A DNA stretch of 64,000 nucleotides, taken from a bacterium (GTDB taxonomy: Bacteria; UBA8248). Numbering within the stretch: position 1 is the first letter of the stretch; every line of letters starts with the position of its first letter. The position numbers and the translations under genes are program-made. The notes below the pieces were generated by a model. That model was given only the letters and a program-made list of their open reading frames with translations, was not told the origin of the DNA and did no database searches. The stretch covers positions 1,136,009 through 1,200,008 of the forward strand of contig OZ244906.1 of NCBI GenBank assembly GCA_965221655.1, written 5' to 3'. Shown piece after piece: positions 28,236-38,139 of this stretch.

Positions 28236-28577
28236 GTGGAACACATCAAAAGGCACGTCTTCGTTTGCATCAACCAGCGTCCGCCGAACCATCCCATGGG
28301 TTGCTGCCAAACCAAGGGCAGCATCGAGGTCGCCCAGGCGATCACGGAAGCCATCGGCTCGGATGAGGACCTCTCCGCGGACACGGCCATGGCGGGAGCG
28401 ACCTGCCTGGGTCCTTGCACGATGGGCCCCACCATCGTCGTCTACCCCGAAGGGGTATGGTACACGGGCGTCAAGACCGAGGACGTTCCCGAACTCATCT
28501 CAGAGCATCTGAAAAACGGCCGCCCCGTCGAAAGGCTGCGGCTCAGGCTCCCCGGCAACGCTGAGAGCGACGATTAG
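28236..28577 (+). CDS. thioredoxin-like [2Fe-2S] ferredoxin
   Basis: ...HVFVCINQRPPNHPMGCC...CLGPCTMGPTIVVYP...: the 4-Cys pattern of the NuoE/Fd4-type [2Fe-2S] family. I prefer GTG 28236 as start; ATG 28206 is the alternative. Confidence 0.7.
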   Translation: MEHIKRHVFVCINQRPPNHPMGCCQTKGSIEVAQAITEAIGSDEDLSADTAMAGATCLGPCTMGPTIVVYPEGVWYTGVKTEDVPELISEHLKNGRPVERLRLRLPGNAESDD

Positions 28578-28598
28578 AACCCACACGGAGACCGCACG

Positions 28599-28871
28599 AT
28601 GAGCCGCGGGCTGACGATGCACCCCAGGGACAACGTCGCCACCGTGCTGGAGGATGTGGCTCCCGCGCAAAGCATCGACATCGAGGGCGGCGAGAAGGCG
28701 TTCGCCATCCGCGCAGCGGAGTCAATTCCCTTCGGCCACAAGATCGCCCTGCGCAAAATCGCCGCGAACGCGAAGGTGCGCAAATACGGCGAGACCATCG
28801 GCATCGCCACACGGGACATTCCACGGGGCAGCCACGTGCACGTCCACAACCTCAAGAGCACGAGGGGCTGA
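28599..28871 (+). CDS. UxaA family hydrolase, N-terminal SAF-domain small subunit (altronate/galactarate dehydratase-like)
   Basis: 90 aa; MHPRDNVATVLEDVAPAQSIDIEGGEKAFAIRAAESIPFGHKIALRKI is the SAF/beta-clip N-terminal domain of UxaA/GarD dehydratases. Confidence 0.7.
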   Translation: MSRGLTMHPRDNVATVLEDVAPAQSIDIEGGEKAFAIRAAESIPFGHKIALRKIAANAKVRKYGETIGIATRDIPRGSHVHVHNLKSTRG

Positions 28872-28873
28872 GA

Positions 28874-30052
28874 GTGCCGCGCAAAAAGGCCACACCCACC
28901 TTTTTGGGCTACAGAAGGCCCGCGGGTCCTCCGGGTGGTCGAAACCATCTCGCCATCGTCAGCGGAATGGACAACTCCAACCCCATCGTGCGCAGAATCG
29001 GTGCGCTGGTAGCAGACGCCACCCCCGTCAACACCTCGTTCGGACGTGCGCTCATGGGCGAGGACGAAGCGCAGCACTGGCGGGTGATGGGGCACACGGC
29101 AGCCCACCCGAACGTGGGGGCCGCCATCGTCGTGAGCCTCGAGCCCCGAAGCGCGGACGCCATCGCCGAGGTCGCCGCCAAGGCCTCTCCGTGGATGCCC
29201 GTCGAGTCCGTGAACATCCAGGAGGTCGGCGGTACCCTCAGCACCACCGCCCACGTCGTGCAGCTCGCCACGAAGCTCTCCGCCCACCTCTCTACGGCCA
29301 GGCGGGTGCGCTGCGAGCTGGGCGAGCTCACCATCGGGGCCGAGTGCGGCGGTTCGGACACGACCAGCGGAGTCATCTCGAACCCCGTGTCGGGCATGGT
29401 GGCCGACAGGGTGGTCGAGGCGGGAGGCTCGGTCATCTTCTCGGAAACGCTCGAAATCGTGGGCGCGGAACACCTGCTTGCCCGCCGGGCGGCGGACAGA
29501 GAGACGGCCCGCAGAATCATTGCTTCCACGAAGCGCGCCCTCGATTACGCCGAAAGCCTGGGGGTGGACTTCATCGGCTCGAATCCCGCACCGGACAACA
29601 TTCGAGGCGGCCTCTCCTCCATCGAGGAAAAAAGCCTGGGCGCCATCAAGAAGGCGGGCAGCCACCCCATCGTCGAGGTCGTGGGCGTGGGCGAGCGTCC
29701 GGGAAGAAGGGGTGTCATCTTCGCCGACGCCCCCTGTGCGGGAGTGGAGAACATCTCTTCCATTGCGGCCAGCGGTGCGCAGGCCATCATCTTCTCGACG
29801 GGAATCGGCAACCCCATCGGACACCCCGTCTCCCCCACCATCAAGGTGACGGGCAACCCCCGCACCGCGCGCACGATGGCCGAGAACGTAGACGTGGACA
29901 TCAGCGGCGTCATGGAGGGGACGATGGGCATCGAGGAAGCCCGCGACGCACTCGAGCGCGAACTCCTCGCCGTGATGAGCGGAAAGCTGACGACTTCCGA
30001 ACTCCTCGGTGAAACCGAGGTCACGGTAAGCCGCGCCGCACTCAGCCTCTAA
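28874..30052 (+). CDS. UxaA family hydrolase, large catalytic subunit (altronate/galactarate dehydratase-like)
   Basis: 392 aa; GTG start 2 nt after the small-subunit stop. ...HLAIVSGMDNSNP...GAECGGSDTTSGVISNPVSG... is UxaA/GarD-like. The two parts are in different frames, so this is a natural split, not a frameshift. Confidence 0.75.
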   Translation: MPRKKATPTFLGYRRPAGPPGGRNHLAIVSGMDNSNPIVRRIGALVADATPVNTSFGRALMGEDEAQHWRVMGHTAAHPNVGAAIVVSLEPRSADAIAEVAAKASPWMPVESVNIQEVGGTLSTTAHVVQLATKLSAHLSTARRVRCELGELTIGAECGGSDTTSGVISNPVSGMVADRVVEAGGSVIFSETLEIVGAEHLLARRAADRETARRIIASTKRALDYAESLGVDFIGSNPAPDNIRGGLSSIEEKSLGAIKKAGSHPIVEVVGVGERPGRRGVIFADAPCAGVENISSIAASGAQAIIFSTGIGNPIGHPVSPTIKVTGNPRTARTMAENVDVDISGVMEGTMGIEEARDALERELLAVMSGKLTTSELLGETEVTVSRAALSL

Positions 30053-30097
30053 ACCTCTAAAGCCGGGGCGGACCTCACACGGCGCGACGCGCGCCGC

Positions 30098-30610
30098 CTA
30101 AAACCCCATTCCCACGATCAGCCTGTTCCAGGCGTTGATGAGCGCGACGACGCCGAGAAGTTCTACGATTTCTTTTTCCGAGTAGTGGGCCTGGAGGTTC
30201 TGAAAAGTCTCCTCCGACACCACCACCCCCTGCGTGCTCTCCTCGCACAGACGCAGCGCCGCCTTCTCCTTCTCATCGAACAGGTCGCTCGCGGAGCCTT
30301 CCTGCGCCGCCTTTCCCTTCTCGGGGCTCACCCCGTGCATCCGCGCCATGTTCGCGTGCATGTTCGTGCAGAAGTGGCAGCCGTTCAGTACGGAGGCGCG
30401 AATGTTCAACACCTCCTTGAAACCCACGTCGATCTCGCCGGGGCCGTCCGCCACCGTGGTCAGACCCAGCAGGGAACGCAGAAAATCCGGCTTGTGGGCC
30501 AATGCCTTGACCGGCGGAATCACGACGCCGAACTGCTTTTGCAAATTCTCCATGATGCGCTTGGCGGACGCTTCCGCCTGTTCGGGTTCCAGCTGGGAAA
30601 TCCTCGGCAT
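30098..30610 (-). CDS. carboxymuconolactone decarboxylase (AhpD-like) family protein
   Basis: MPRISQLEPEQAEASAKRIMENL...NIRASVLNGCHFCTNMHANMA: the CMD/AhpD fold with the Cys motif. RBS GGAGG sits ahead of ATG 30610. Confidence 0.65.
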   Translation of the reverse strand: MPRISQLEPEQAEASAKRIMENLQKQFGVVIPPVKALAHKPDFLRSLLGLTTVADGPGEIDVGFKEVLNIRASVLNGCHFCTNMHANMARMHGVSPEKGKAAQEGSASDLFDEKEKAALRLCEESTQGVVVSEETFQNLQAHYSEKEIVELLGVVALINAWNRLIVGMGF

Positions 30611-30819
30611 TCTGGCCTCCTTCCATCGAATCGCTCGGACGTGTAGCGGCACAAGGAGAGCGCACTTGCGGCTCCGTGTGCCCTTTGGGCTATTTACGCC
30701 ACCCCGCTGCTTTGGTCAACGAACGCGAAACGCGGCGGCAGCGGCAGGCGCGCGGCGCCGCGTTCTGCTAAACTGCCGCGCGAGCAGATTTTTTCGCCCC
30801 GCAAACGGACGAGAGGCCC

Positions 30820-31632
30820 ATGAGCAAGCGCGTTTCCTTGCAACAAGCCGCCTCCCTCATTCAGGACGGAGACGCCCTGAGCATCGGCGGCACCCTCCTC
30901 CACAGAACGCCCGCCGCCCTCGTGCGCGAAATCGCGCGCATGGGCCGCAAGGGTCTCACCCTCATCAAACCCTCCCCGGGCTATGACGCCGACCTTCTCT
31001 GCGCGGCGGGTGCGGTGGAGCGGGTGGTGAGCGGCATCGTGACCTTCGAGGCGGAGCTCGGCCTGGCGCCCAACTACCGCAAGGCCATTGAGAAGGGGTT
31101 GACCGGCCTCACCGAACACGCCTGAGCGAGCGTGCTCGCTGGGCTGCGGGCCGCAGCCTACGGCATCCCCTTTCAGCCCATCCGCGGCTTCGAGGGAAGC
31201 GACATCCCCGAGCAAAGCGGCATCTTTACGATTCGCGACCCCTACACCGATGAGGAACTCTACGCGATTCCCGCCATGAAACCCGACTGGGCGCTGATTC
31301 ACGTCCAAAAATCAGACGCCCGGGGCAACGCGCAAATCCTGGGCAACCGCCACTTCGACGTGGAGATGACGCGTGCGGCGCAAAAAGGGGTCATCCTCAC
31401 GACCGAGGAAATCGTGGAACCTGAAGAGCTCGCCGCCGAACCCGAACGCACGGCCATACCGGACTTTCTCGTCGCGGCGGTGGTGGAAGCGCCCGGCGGC
31501 GCCGCGCCGTGCAGCTGCCACCCCCACTACGGGGTCGACAAGGCGGAGATGGAACGCTACATGCGCCTCACGCGGGAGGCGGACGGCCTGGCCGCATACC
31601 TGGAGAGCACCGACCGCGCGGAGGCGCGATGA
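30820..31632 (+). pseudogene. CoA-transferase alpha subunit (glutaconate-CoA-transferase GctA-like) interrupted by an in-frame TGA at 31123-31125
   Basis: 30820-31122 encodes MSKRVSLQQAASLIQDGDALSIGGTLLHRTPAALVREIARMGRKGLTL.... The same frame resumes 6 nt after the TGA (GTG 31132) as ...LAGLRAAAYGIPFQPIRGFEGSD..., which is contiguous in GctA-family alignments. TGA is an ordinary stop elsewhere in the window. Confidence 0.6.
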
Positions 31633-32378
31633 TGGCAACCCGCACCCTGCCCGAGGGCGTCGTTCGCACGGCGAACCAGATGGCCGTCACCCTCGCGCGC
31701 CTCATCCAGGAGGGCGACAGGGTATTCCACGGGGTGAACTCGCCCCTGCCGATGGTCGCCATTTTCCTCGCGCGCAGGCTGCACGCGCCGCGGTGCACAC
31801 TCATCGAAGTCGCCGGCTCGGTCGACCCCCAGCCGCGCTTCATGCCGCACAGCACCGCCGACCCCGAGCTATGCCACGGGGCCGCCTCGATGTTCTACAA
31901 CGCGGACACTTACGACTTGTTCGCGCGCGGGGGAATGGACCTGGCTTTTCTCGGCGCGGCCCAACTCGACAAGGAAGGACGCGCGAACATGAGCTGCATC
32001 GGCGATCCCTTTCGCCCCAAGGTGCGACTCCCCGGCGGTGGAGGGGGCGCCGTCATCATGCCCAGGGTCAAGCGCACCGTCATCTGGAGAACGGCGCACG
32101 ACAGGCGATTCCTGGTGCCCCGGGTCGATTTCGCGACCCAGGCGGGCAGCCTCACCCACGTGGTTACGCCCATCGCCCTGCTCGAGAGGAGGTCGACGGG
32201 CCTCGAGCTCGCGAGCGTGCACCCCGGCCACACGGCGCAAGAAGTCGTCGAAAACACCGGCTTCCATCTGCACCTCGCAGGCGAGGCGCCGCAAACTCCG
32301 CCGCCCACCTCCGGGGAGCTCGCGGCACTCGAAGAGCTCGACCCGAGCGGCGTGCGCTTCTCCGAGTTTCGCGTATAG
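31629..32378 (+). CDS. CoA-transferase beta subunit (GctB-like)
   Basis: MMATRTLPEGVVRTANQMAVTLARLIQEGDRVFHGVNSPLP...; ATGATG overlaps the alpha-subunit stop. The track's 31509 start is an upstream artefact. Confidence 0.7.
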   Translation: MMATRTLPEGVVRTANQMAVTLARLIQEGDRVFHGVNSPLPMVAIFLARRLHAPRCTLIEVAGSVDPQPRFMPHSTADPELCHGAASMFYNADTYDLFARGGMDLAFLGAAQLDKEGRANMSCIGDPFRPKVRLPGGGGGAVIMPRVKRTVIWRTAHDRRFLVPRVDFATQAGSLTHVVTPIALLERRSTGLELASVHPGHTAQEVVENTGFHLHLAGEAPQTPPPTSGELAALEELDPSGVRFSEFRV

Positions 32379-32435
32379 GGCACGAACGTGCACCAAACGA
32401 GGGCCGCACGGCCTTTTCAGAGACGGAGGATTCGA

Positions 32436-33076
32436 TGCGCGACGAACTGCTGAATCGCCTGAAAAACTACTCGGCCTGCCAGGCGGCGGACGCCTTCGAC
32501 AAACTCGGCATCAAAGGCCACGTACCCGACGTCGTCCTCCTCTCGCCCGACCCGGACTACCGCATGGTGGGCGAGGCGCACACCGTGCAGATGGTGCCCG
32601 CGGGCGGCGGCCCCCTGCCGAAGCGTGCGGTGCACCACATAGACGCGGCGCGCGCGGGAAGCATCGTCGTCATCAGCGCGCCCGCAGGCGTAACGACGGC
32701 CAACTGGGGCGGAATGATGACCACGCGAGCACAGGTGATGCGGCTGGGCGGCGTCGTTATCGACGGGAGGGCGCGGGACATTGAGGAGCATCGCCGCATG
32801 GGGTTTCCCGTGTTCGCCAGAGGCGTCTCGGTGCACGGCAGCGGGGGCTACACGGTTCCGCTGTGCGTGGGAGAGCCCATCGACTGCGGGGGCGTTTCGG
32901 TGCGGCAGGGAGACGCCATACTCGGGGACGTGAACGGCGTGGTCGTCATTCCCGCCGAGCGGGTGGAGGAGGTCATCGCCAAGATGGACGAACTCGCCGA
33001 AATCGAAGCGAAAATCGTCGCGGAACTCGAAAAGGGCACACCCATCGGCGAGGCGTTCGCCAGACACCGCAACTAG
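32436..33076 (+). CDS. RraA family protein (RraA/4-hydroxy-4-methyl-2-oxoglutarate aldolase/oxaloacetate decarboxylase family)
   Basis: MRDELLNRLKNYSACQAADAFDKLGIKGHV...ANWGGMMTTRAQVMRLGGVVIDGRARD.... RBS GGAGG sits ahead of ATG 32436. Confidence 0.75.
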
Positions 33077-33195
33077 CACTCGCCGCAGATCCGCGGCATC
33101 TGGCGAATTTTGCCGAATCGGGGTAGGATTCCCCTGGAACTTTCCCCCCGCCCCGGACGCGCCGAATGAATCCGGGAAATACACACCGCATCGCC

Positions 33196-33909
33196 ATGCG
33201 CACGCTTTGTGCGGCCCTGCTCCTACTTGCGGGCGGCTGCGTGTTCGACCCGCAAACGATACGCCGCTACGCCCCCCCGCGCCCCGTTCCCCACCACCCC
33301 GCTCCGCAGCACCACGCCGCGGAGGACGACCTGCGCGGCATCGCCTCGTGGTACGGCAATCCCTACCACGGGCGGCAGACGGCGAACGGCGAAGTCTACG
33401 ACATGCACGCGCTTACGGCCGCGCACCGCACGCTGCCCTTCGGTGCGCGGGTGCTGGTGCGCAGAAGCGACAACGGGCGCGCGGTGGAGGTGCGCATCAA
33501 CGACCGCGGCCCGTTCTTCGAACGCCGCGTCATCGACCTCTCACGCGAGGCTGCGCGCAGAATCGGCATGCTGGGCAAGGGCACGGCCCCGGTGGAACTC
33601 GAGCTCCTCTACGCTCCCGCGGACCCCCATGCCGCATGGAGCATCCTGGTGGGCGGCTTTGCCAAGATACCCGAGGCACAGAAATTCGCTGCCTACTTCG
33701 ACCGGGGGGCAACGAGTGCGCACGTCCGGCCCGGCTGGCACGGGAACTACCGCGACTACCACGTGCGCATCCTGGGATTCTCGGGCAGGCAGAGCGCCGC
33801 GCGTCTCACGCAGAGGCTGCGGCGCAACGGCTACGGGGCGTTCATCGTGCGGACGAAAGCGCGCCTCAACTCCCGGCGAGCGCCTCCTCTATCGCCGCAG
33901 GGTCGGTGA
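33196..33909 (+). CDS. rlpA: septal ring lytic transglycosylase RlpA family lipoprotein (DPBB + SPOR domains)
   Basis: Lipobox LLLAGGC. DPBB core ...[41 protein letters not shown].... C-terminal SPOR-like domain. Confidence 0.75.
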   Translation: MRTLCAALLLLAGGCVFDPQTIRRYAPPRPVPHHPAPQHHAAEDDLRGIASWYGNPYHGRQTANGEVYDMHALTAAHRTLPFGARVLVRRSDNGRAVEVRINDRGPFFERRVIDLSREAARRIGMLGKGTAPVELELLYAPADPHAAWSILVGGFAKIPEAQKFAAYFDRGATSAHVRPGWHGNYRDYHVRILGFSGRQSAARLTQRLRRNGYGAFIVRTKARLNSRRAPPLSPQGR

Positions 33910-35932
33910 GCGGCGCCTTGCAAGCAAAGTTCTCGCACACGTAGACGGCGGCGCGCCCATCCACCATCGATTTGCCCGCGAGCAGGGGCAGCCCCGCGTC
34001 CTCCTCCGCGTCGGGGGAGCGGAAGGCCACGACCTTGTTGGGCACGAAGCCCGCCTCTACGGCCCGCAGGGCCGCGTGCGTATCCGCAGCCCCGCGCTCG
34101 CCGACGACAGCTACCTCCACCGGCGAGGCGAGGTGAAAGTCCAGCGCCACCAGCATCATGTGAAAGGCCGCCGGCGCGCGCTCCAGATATTCGGAAAACG
34201 CGCGCAGCACCCCCTCCCCGCGCGTGCGAAATTCTTCTTCTCCCGAGAGTTTCGCCAGCTTGAGCAGTCCCAGGGCCGCCATCGAGTTTCCGCTCGGAAT
34301 CGCGCCGTCCTGCGTCATCTTCTTGCGTACGATCAGGCGTTCGTGATCGTGGGCGGTGAAGAAAAACGCCCCGCCCTCCTCGTCCCAGTAGCGCGCAATC
34401 ATCTCGCGCGCCAAATCGCAGGCCGCGCGAATCCAGCGCACCTCAAAGCTCGCCTCGTAGAGGTCCACCAACCCCACGATCAGGAAGGCGTAGTCGTCCA
34501 GATAGGCGTTCAGCTTGCTTACGCCCCCCCGGTGGCTGCGCAGCAAACCACGCTCCTCGCGCATCTCGCGCAAAATGAAATCCGCCGCCCGGCTCGCCGC
34601 CTCGACGTAGCGCGGCTCCTCGAGAGCCCTGCCCGCCAGGGCCATCGCGCTGATCATCAGGCCGTTCCAACTCGTGAGAATCTTGTCGTCCAGCCCGGGC
34701 TTCACGCGCCGCTCGCGCACGCTGAAGAGTTTGGCGCGCCCCCTTTGGAGGACGTCGAAAAGCGCTTCTTGCGAAATGCCCTCCTCCTCGGCAAACGAGC
34801 GGGGCGGTCTTTGGATGAACAGAGCAGAGGTTTTCCCCTCGAAATTGCCTTCTTCGGTAACGCCGTAAAAACGGCAGAACAAGCCTCCCTCCTCCTTGCC
34901 GAGAATCTCTTCTATCTCCTCAGGGCGCCAGACGAAGAACTTGCCCTCCTCCCCCTCGCTGTCGGCGTCCTGGGCGGAGTAGAAACCTCCGCCGGCGTCG
35001 GTCATCTCGCGCAGGACGTATTCGAGCGTATCCACCGCCACGGAGCGGTAGAAGGCGCTGGCCGTCGCCTGGTAAGCCTCGAGGTAGGAGCGCACCAGCA
35101 GGCCGTTGTCGTAGAGCATTTTCTCGAAGTGCGGAATGAGCCAGTAGTTGTCCACGCTGTAGCGGTGAAACCCGCCGCCGAGCTGGTCGTACATCCCGCC
35201 CATCGCCATGCGCTGGAGGGTAATTTCCACCATCTTGAGCAGCTCCGGCTCCCGACTGCCCCTCCACGCGCGCAGTATGAGCATGAGCGCCATCGAGGGC
35301 GGAAACTTGGGCGCCTTCCCGAACCCGCCCCACGCCGAATCGAACCTCTCCTTCAACTCCCGCACGGCCTGGTCGATCCACCCCGCCTTGAGGTCGCCTT
35401 CGGCGGAGGAAACCACACCCATTTGCTGCAAATGCGTCGTGATGTTCTCCGCGCTGTCGTCAATATCTTCCCGGCGCGTGCGGTAGACCTCGGCCAGCCG
35501 CAGGAGCACGCTCTTGAAGCCGGGCCTGCCCCACTTGTCCTGCGGCGGGAAATACGTGCCCCCGAAGAAAGGCCGCAGGTCCGGCAAAAGGAACACGCTC
35601 ATGGGCCAGCCGCCCTGGCCCGTCATCATCTGCACCGCTTCCATGTAGATGGAATCGACGTCGGGGCGCTCCTCCCTGTCCACCTTGATGGAGACGAAGT
35701 GCTCGTTCAGGATTTCGGCAATCTCCTCATCCTCGAAGCTCTCGTGCTCCATTACGTGGCACCAATGGCAGGCCGAGTAGCCCACCGACAAAAAGATGGG
35801 CTTGTTCTCTTCCCGGGACTTGCGCAGCGCTTCCGCACCCCAGGGATACCAGTCCACCGGGTTGTGCTGGTGCTGCAAGAGGTACGGACTCGTCTCCTGC
35901 GCGAGTCGGTTCGTTCTCTGGGGCTGACTCAT
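33866..35932 (-). CDS. thioredoxin domain-containing protein (YyaL/DUF255-type, N-terminal thioredoxin fold + six-hairpin glycosidase-like domain)
   Basis: [61 protein letters not shown]... is the hallmark of the YyaL family. About 688 aa. The 3' end overlaps rlpA convergently by 44 nt. Confidence 0.8.
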   Translation of the reverse strand: MSQPQRTNRLAQETSPYLLQHQHNPVDWYPWGAEALRKSREENKPIFLSVGYSACHWCHVMEHESFEDEEIAEILNEHFVSIKVDREERPDVDSIYMEAVQMMTGQGGWPMSVFLLPDLRPFFGGTYFPPQDKWGRPGFKSVLLRLAEVYRTRREDIDDSAENITTHLQQMGVVSSAEGDLKAGWIDQAVRELKERFDSAWGGFGKAPKFPPSMALMLILRAWRGSREPELLKMVEITLQRMAMGGMYDQLGGGFHRYSVDNYWLIPHFEKMLYDNGLLVRSYLEAYQATASAFYRSVAVDTLEYVLREMTDAGGGFYSAQDADSEGEEGKFFVWRPEEIEEILGKEEGGLFCRFYGVTEEGNFEGKTSALFIQRPPRSFAEEEGISQEALFDVLQRGRAKLFSVRERRVKPGLDDKILTSWNGLMISAMALAGRALEEPRYVEAASRAADFILREMREERGLLRSHRGGVSKLNAYLDDYAFLIVGLVDLYEASFEVRWIRAACDLAREMIARYWDEEGGAFFFTAHDHERLIVRKKMTQDGAIPSGNSMAALGLLKLAKLSGEEEFRTRGEGVLRAFSEYLERAPAAFHMMLVALDFHLASPVEVAVVGERGAADTHAALRAVEAGFVPNKVVAFRSPDAEEDAGLPLLAGKSMVDGRAAVYVCENFACKAPLTDPAAIEEALAGS

Positions 35933-36040
35933 GAATCCCTCACGTGGTTCGATGAAAGGCTTTAGGCGCATGAAAAACTTTGGGCGCATGAAACGCTTTG
36001 TCTAGTGCGAAGAGTGCGGCCACAGGGTACGGGAGAAGAA

Positions 36041-36544
36041 TCAACGAAACAATTCCGGCTGGGGAGCGCACCGCGCGTGCGTCTCCACCCGGCCGTCGCC
36101 GCGCACGTGGAGCGCCTCCGCGCCGAAGCGCTCCACCCAGTCCACCGCCACCAGATGCAGCCTGTGGCAGTTGCGCGGATTCTCCTCGGCACAAAAAACC
36201 GCAGCCGAACTCTCCCCCACCCGCTCGCGTAGACGCTCCATGGCGCGGCAGAAGGCGCGGCCCTGGCGTACGCGCGCCCAGTCGATTCGTCCCGAGGCTT
36301 CGAAGAATTCAGGGTTTTTGGCAGGGTCGCGTTTGCCGCCCAGTGCTTCCCCCTCCCAGAGGTAGTCCACTCCCCGCGACGCGAGGAAATCAGCGAGGCG
36401 CTCCTTGCCGAACTGCGGATTTCTTCTGCTGTAGGGGATGGAGCGGACGTCCACCACGCAGGCGATTGCGTGGAGTTCGAGCAGGGCGAGAAATTTTTCC
36501 GCCGTGTGGTTGGAGTGGCCTATCGTCCACAAGGGAGGCTTCAA
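36041..36544 (-). CDS. DUF488 family protein
   Basis: ...KPPLWTIGHSNHTAEKFLALLELHAIACVVDVRSIPYSRRNPQF.... Start placed at TTG 36544, which overlaps the TGA of the upstream M20 gene (TTGA) and matches the usual DUF488 N-terminus. The track's ATG 36580 is less likely. Confidence 0.6.
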   Translation of the reverse strand: MKPPLWTIGHSNHTAEKFLALLELHAIACVVDVRSIPYSRRNPQFGKERLADFLASRGVDYLWEGEALGGKRDPAKNPEFFEASGRIDWARVRQGRAFCRAMERLRERVGESSAAVFCAEENPRNCHRLHLVAVDWVERFGAEALHVRGDGRVETHARCAPQPELFR

Positions 36545-37881
36545 GCGAGACCCCCCATGAGGGTCGCCGCAACTTCGCATCCGCGGTGAAAAATCTCCAC
36601 GTCGATGTTCTCATCAGGGGCGTGGGCGTTCGAATCCGCGTTGGCGAGCGGAAACCACACGGAGGGAATTCCCAGGTCTCGCGTGAACATGCTGTCAGGC
36701 ACGCTGCCCCCGAAGTTGGGATAGACGACGGGGGCGATGCCGTAGCCGGCCACTGCCTCGATTACCCTTTGCACGTAGGGATTCCCGGCAGGCGTCTTGC
36801 TGGCGTCGAAGGTGGCCATCTTGCGCACCTCCAGGTCGCCGAACCCCTCGGCTTCGAGGAACGTGCGCAGGCTTTCGAAAATCTCGTCGGGGTCCTGCTC
36901 CACCACCAGGCGAAAATCCAGCTTGGCGCGCGCGGAGCCGGGCAGCACCGTCTTCATCCCCTCGCCCGAGTAGCCCCCCTGAAACCCGCACACGTTCAGG
37001 TTCGGCTGCGTGAGGGATTTTGCATAAAACTCCGAAACATCCGGTATGCGCGCGATTCCCTCCCCGAGGACGGCGCGCAACTCCCCCGCGGGGTCGGGGA
37101 TTCCCGCAAGCGCCTCCCTGTCGGCGTCGCCGAGCGGGAGCACGGCCTCGTAGAAGCCGGGTACGCGCACCCGCCCCTCCTCGTCGCGCAGACTCTGCAC
37201 GGCGTCCATGAGTCGCCAGAAAGGATTCGGCGCAGGCCCGCCGTAGGTTCCCGAATGGAGGTCCTTGCCCACGCCGTGGGCGATGAGCTCCACGTAGAGC
37301 AACCCCCGACAACCCAGGGAGAGCGTGGGTCTGCCCGAGGGGTGCAGAGAGCCGTCCGAAGAGCAGGCGACGTCCGCCCGCAGCAGCTCCCTGTTGGCGC
37401 GGATAAACGCTCTCAGGTTGGTCGAGCCGATTTCCTCCTCGCCCTCGATCAAGAACTTGAGGTTCACGGGCATCTTCGTGCCGGTGCGGTGATAGGCCTG
37501 CACCGCCTTGATCTGCGCAAAATGCTGGCCCTTGTTGTCGCCCGCCCCCCGGGCGTAGAGGCGGCCGGCGCGCACCTCGGGCCGGAACGGCTCGGACGCC
37601 CAGCCCTCCGTGACGTCTGCGGGCTGCACGTCGTAGTGGCCGTAAATCAGCATGGTGGGGGCGTCCGCAGGCCCGCGCACCTCGCCGTAGACGAGAGGAA
37701 TGCCGTCGGTCGGCAAAATCCGCACCTCGATATTCGCCTCCTCCATCAGCCCCGCCAGGTGCGCCGCCGCCTCTTCCATGCCCGTGCCCAGCGTGCTGAT
37801 GGAGGGCTTTTCGAGATACTCCACAAGTTCCGCCAGGCTTTGCTCCCTCCGCGTTCGCAAGAAATCGATGACCGCTGACAT
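36541..37881 (-). CDS. M20 family metallopeptidase (dipeptidase-like)
   Basis: MSAVIDFLRTRREQSLAELVEYLEKPSIS...LIYGHYDVQP...GAGDNKG...EGEEEIGS...: M20 metal-binding motifs. RBS GGAAGGAGAG sits ahead of ATG 37881. Confidence 0.8.
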   Translation of the reverse strand: MSAVIDFLRTRREQSLAELVEYLEKPSISTLGTGMEEAAAHLAGLMEEANIEVRILPTDGIPLVYGEVRGPADAPTMLIYGHYDVQPADVTEGWASEPFRPEVRAGRLYARGAGDNKGQHFAQIKAVQAYHRTGTKMPVNLKFLIEGEEEIGSTNLRAFIRANRELLRADVACSSDGSLHPSGRPTLSLGCRGLLYVELIAHGVGKDLHSGTYGGPAPNPFWRLMDAVQSLRDEEGRVRVPGFYEAVLPLGDADREALAGIPDPAGELRAVLGEGIARIPDVSEFYAKSLTQPNLNVCGFQGGYSGEGMKTVLPGSARAKLDFRLVVEQDPDEIFESLRTFLEAEGFGDLEVRKMATFDASKTPAGNPYVQRVIEAVAGYGIAPVVYPNFGGSVPDSMFTRDLGIPSVWFPLANADSNAHAPDENIDVEIFHRGCEVAATLMGGLA

Positions 37882-38139
37882 GCGACTCTCCTTCCAGGCA
37901 AGCTCCCCTGCGTTGCCGAAATCCTTGCGCCGGACTATGCTGGCGAACGATGCCACGTACCGAGCGAGTTCTTTTCCTGCGGCGCAAAAACGGGTTTTGT
38001 ATGATGCGACCGACCCCCAGCATAATTCATCCCCCCTTCGAGATCATCCACCCGGAACGGCGCGCCCGGGTCAGGGAGAATCCCTGCGTCGTGCAGCGGG
38101 CATACCCCCACACCCGGGCGCGAGGCGACTGACGCACCA

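Noticed and set aside
31123-31125. Selenocysteine codon in the CoA-transferase alpha subunit
   Set aside because: Kept as a low-probability alternative only. The position aligns with a non-Cys, non-conserved residue in GctA homologs, and no Sec machinery is visible in the window. Pseudogene or a split gene with re-initiation is more parsimonious.
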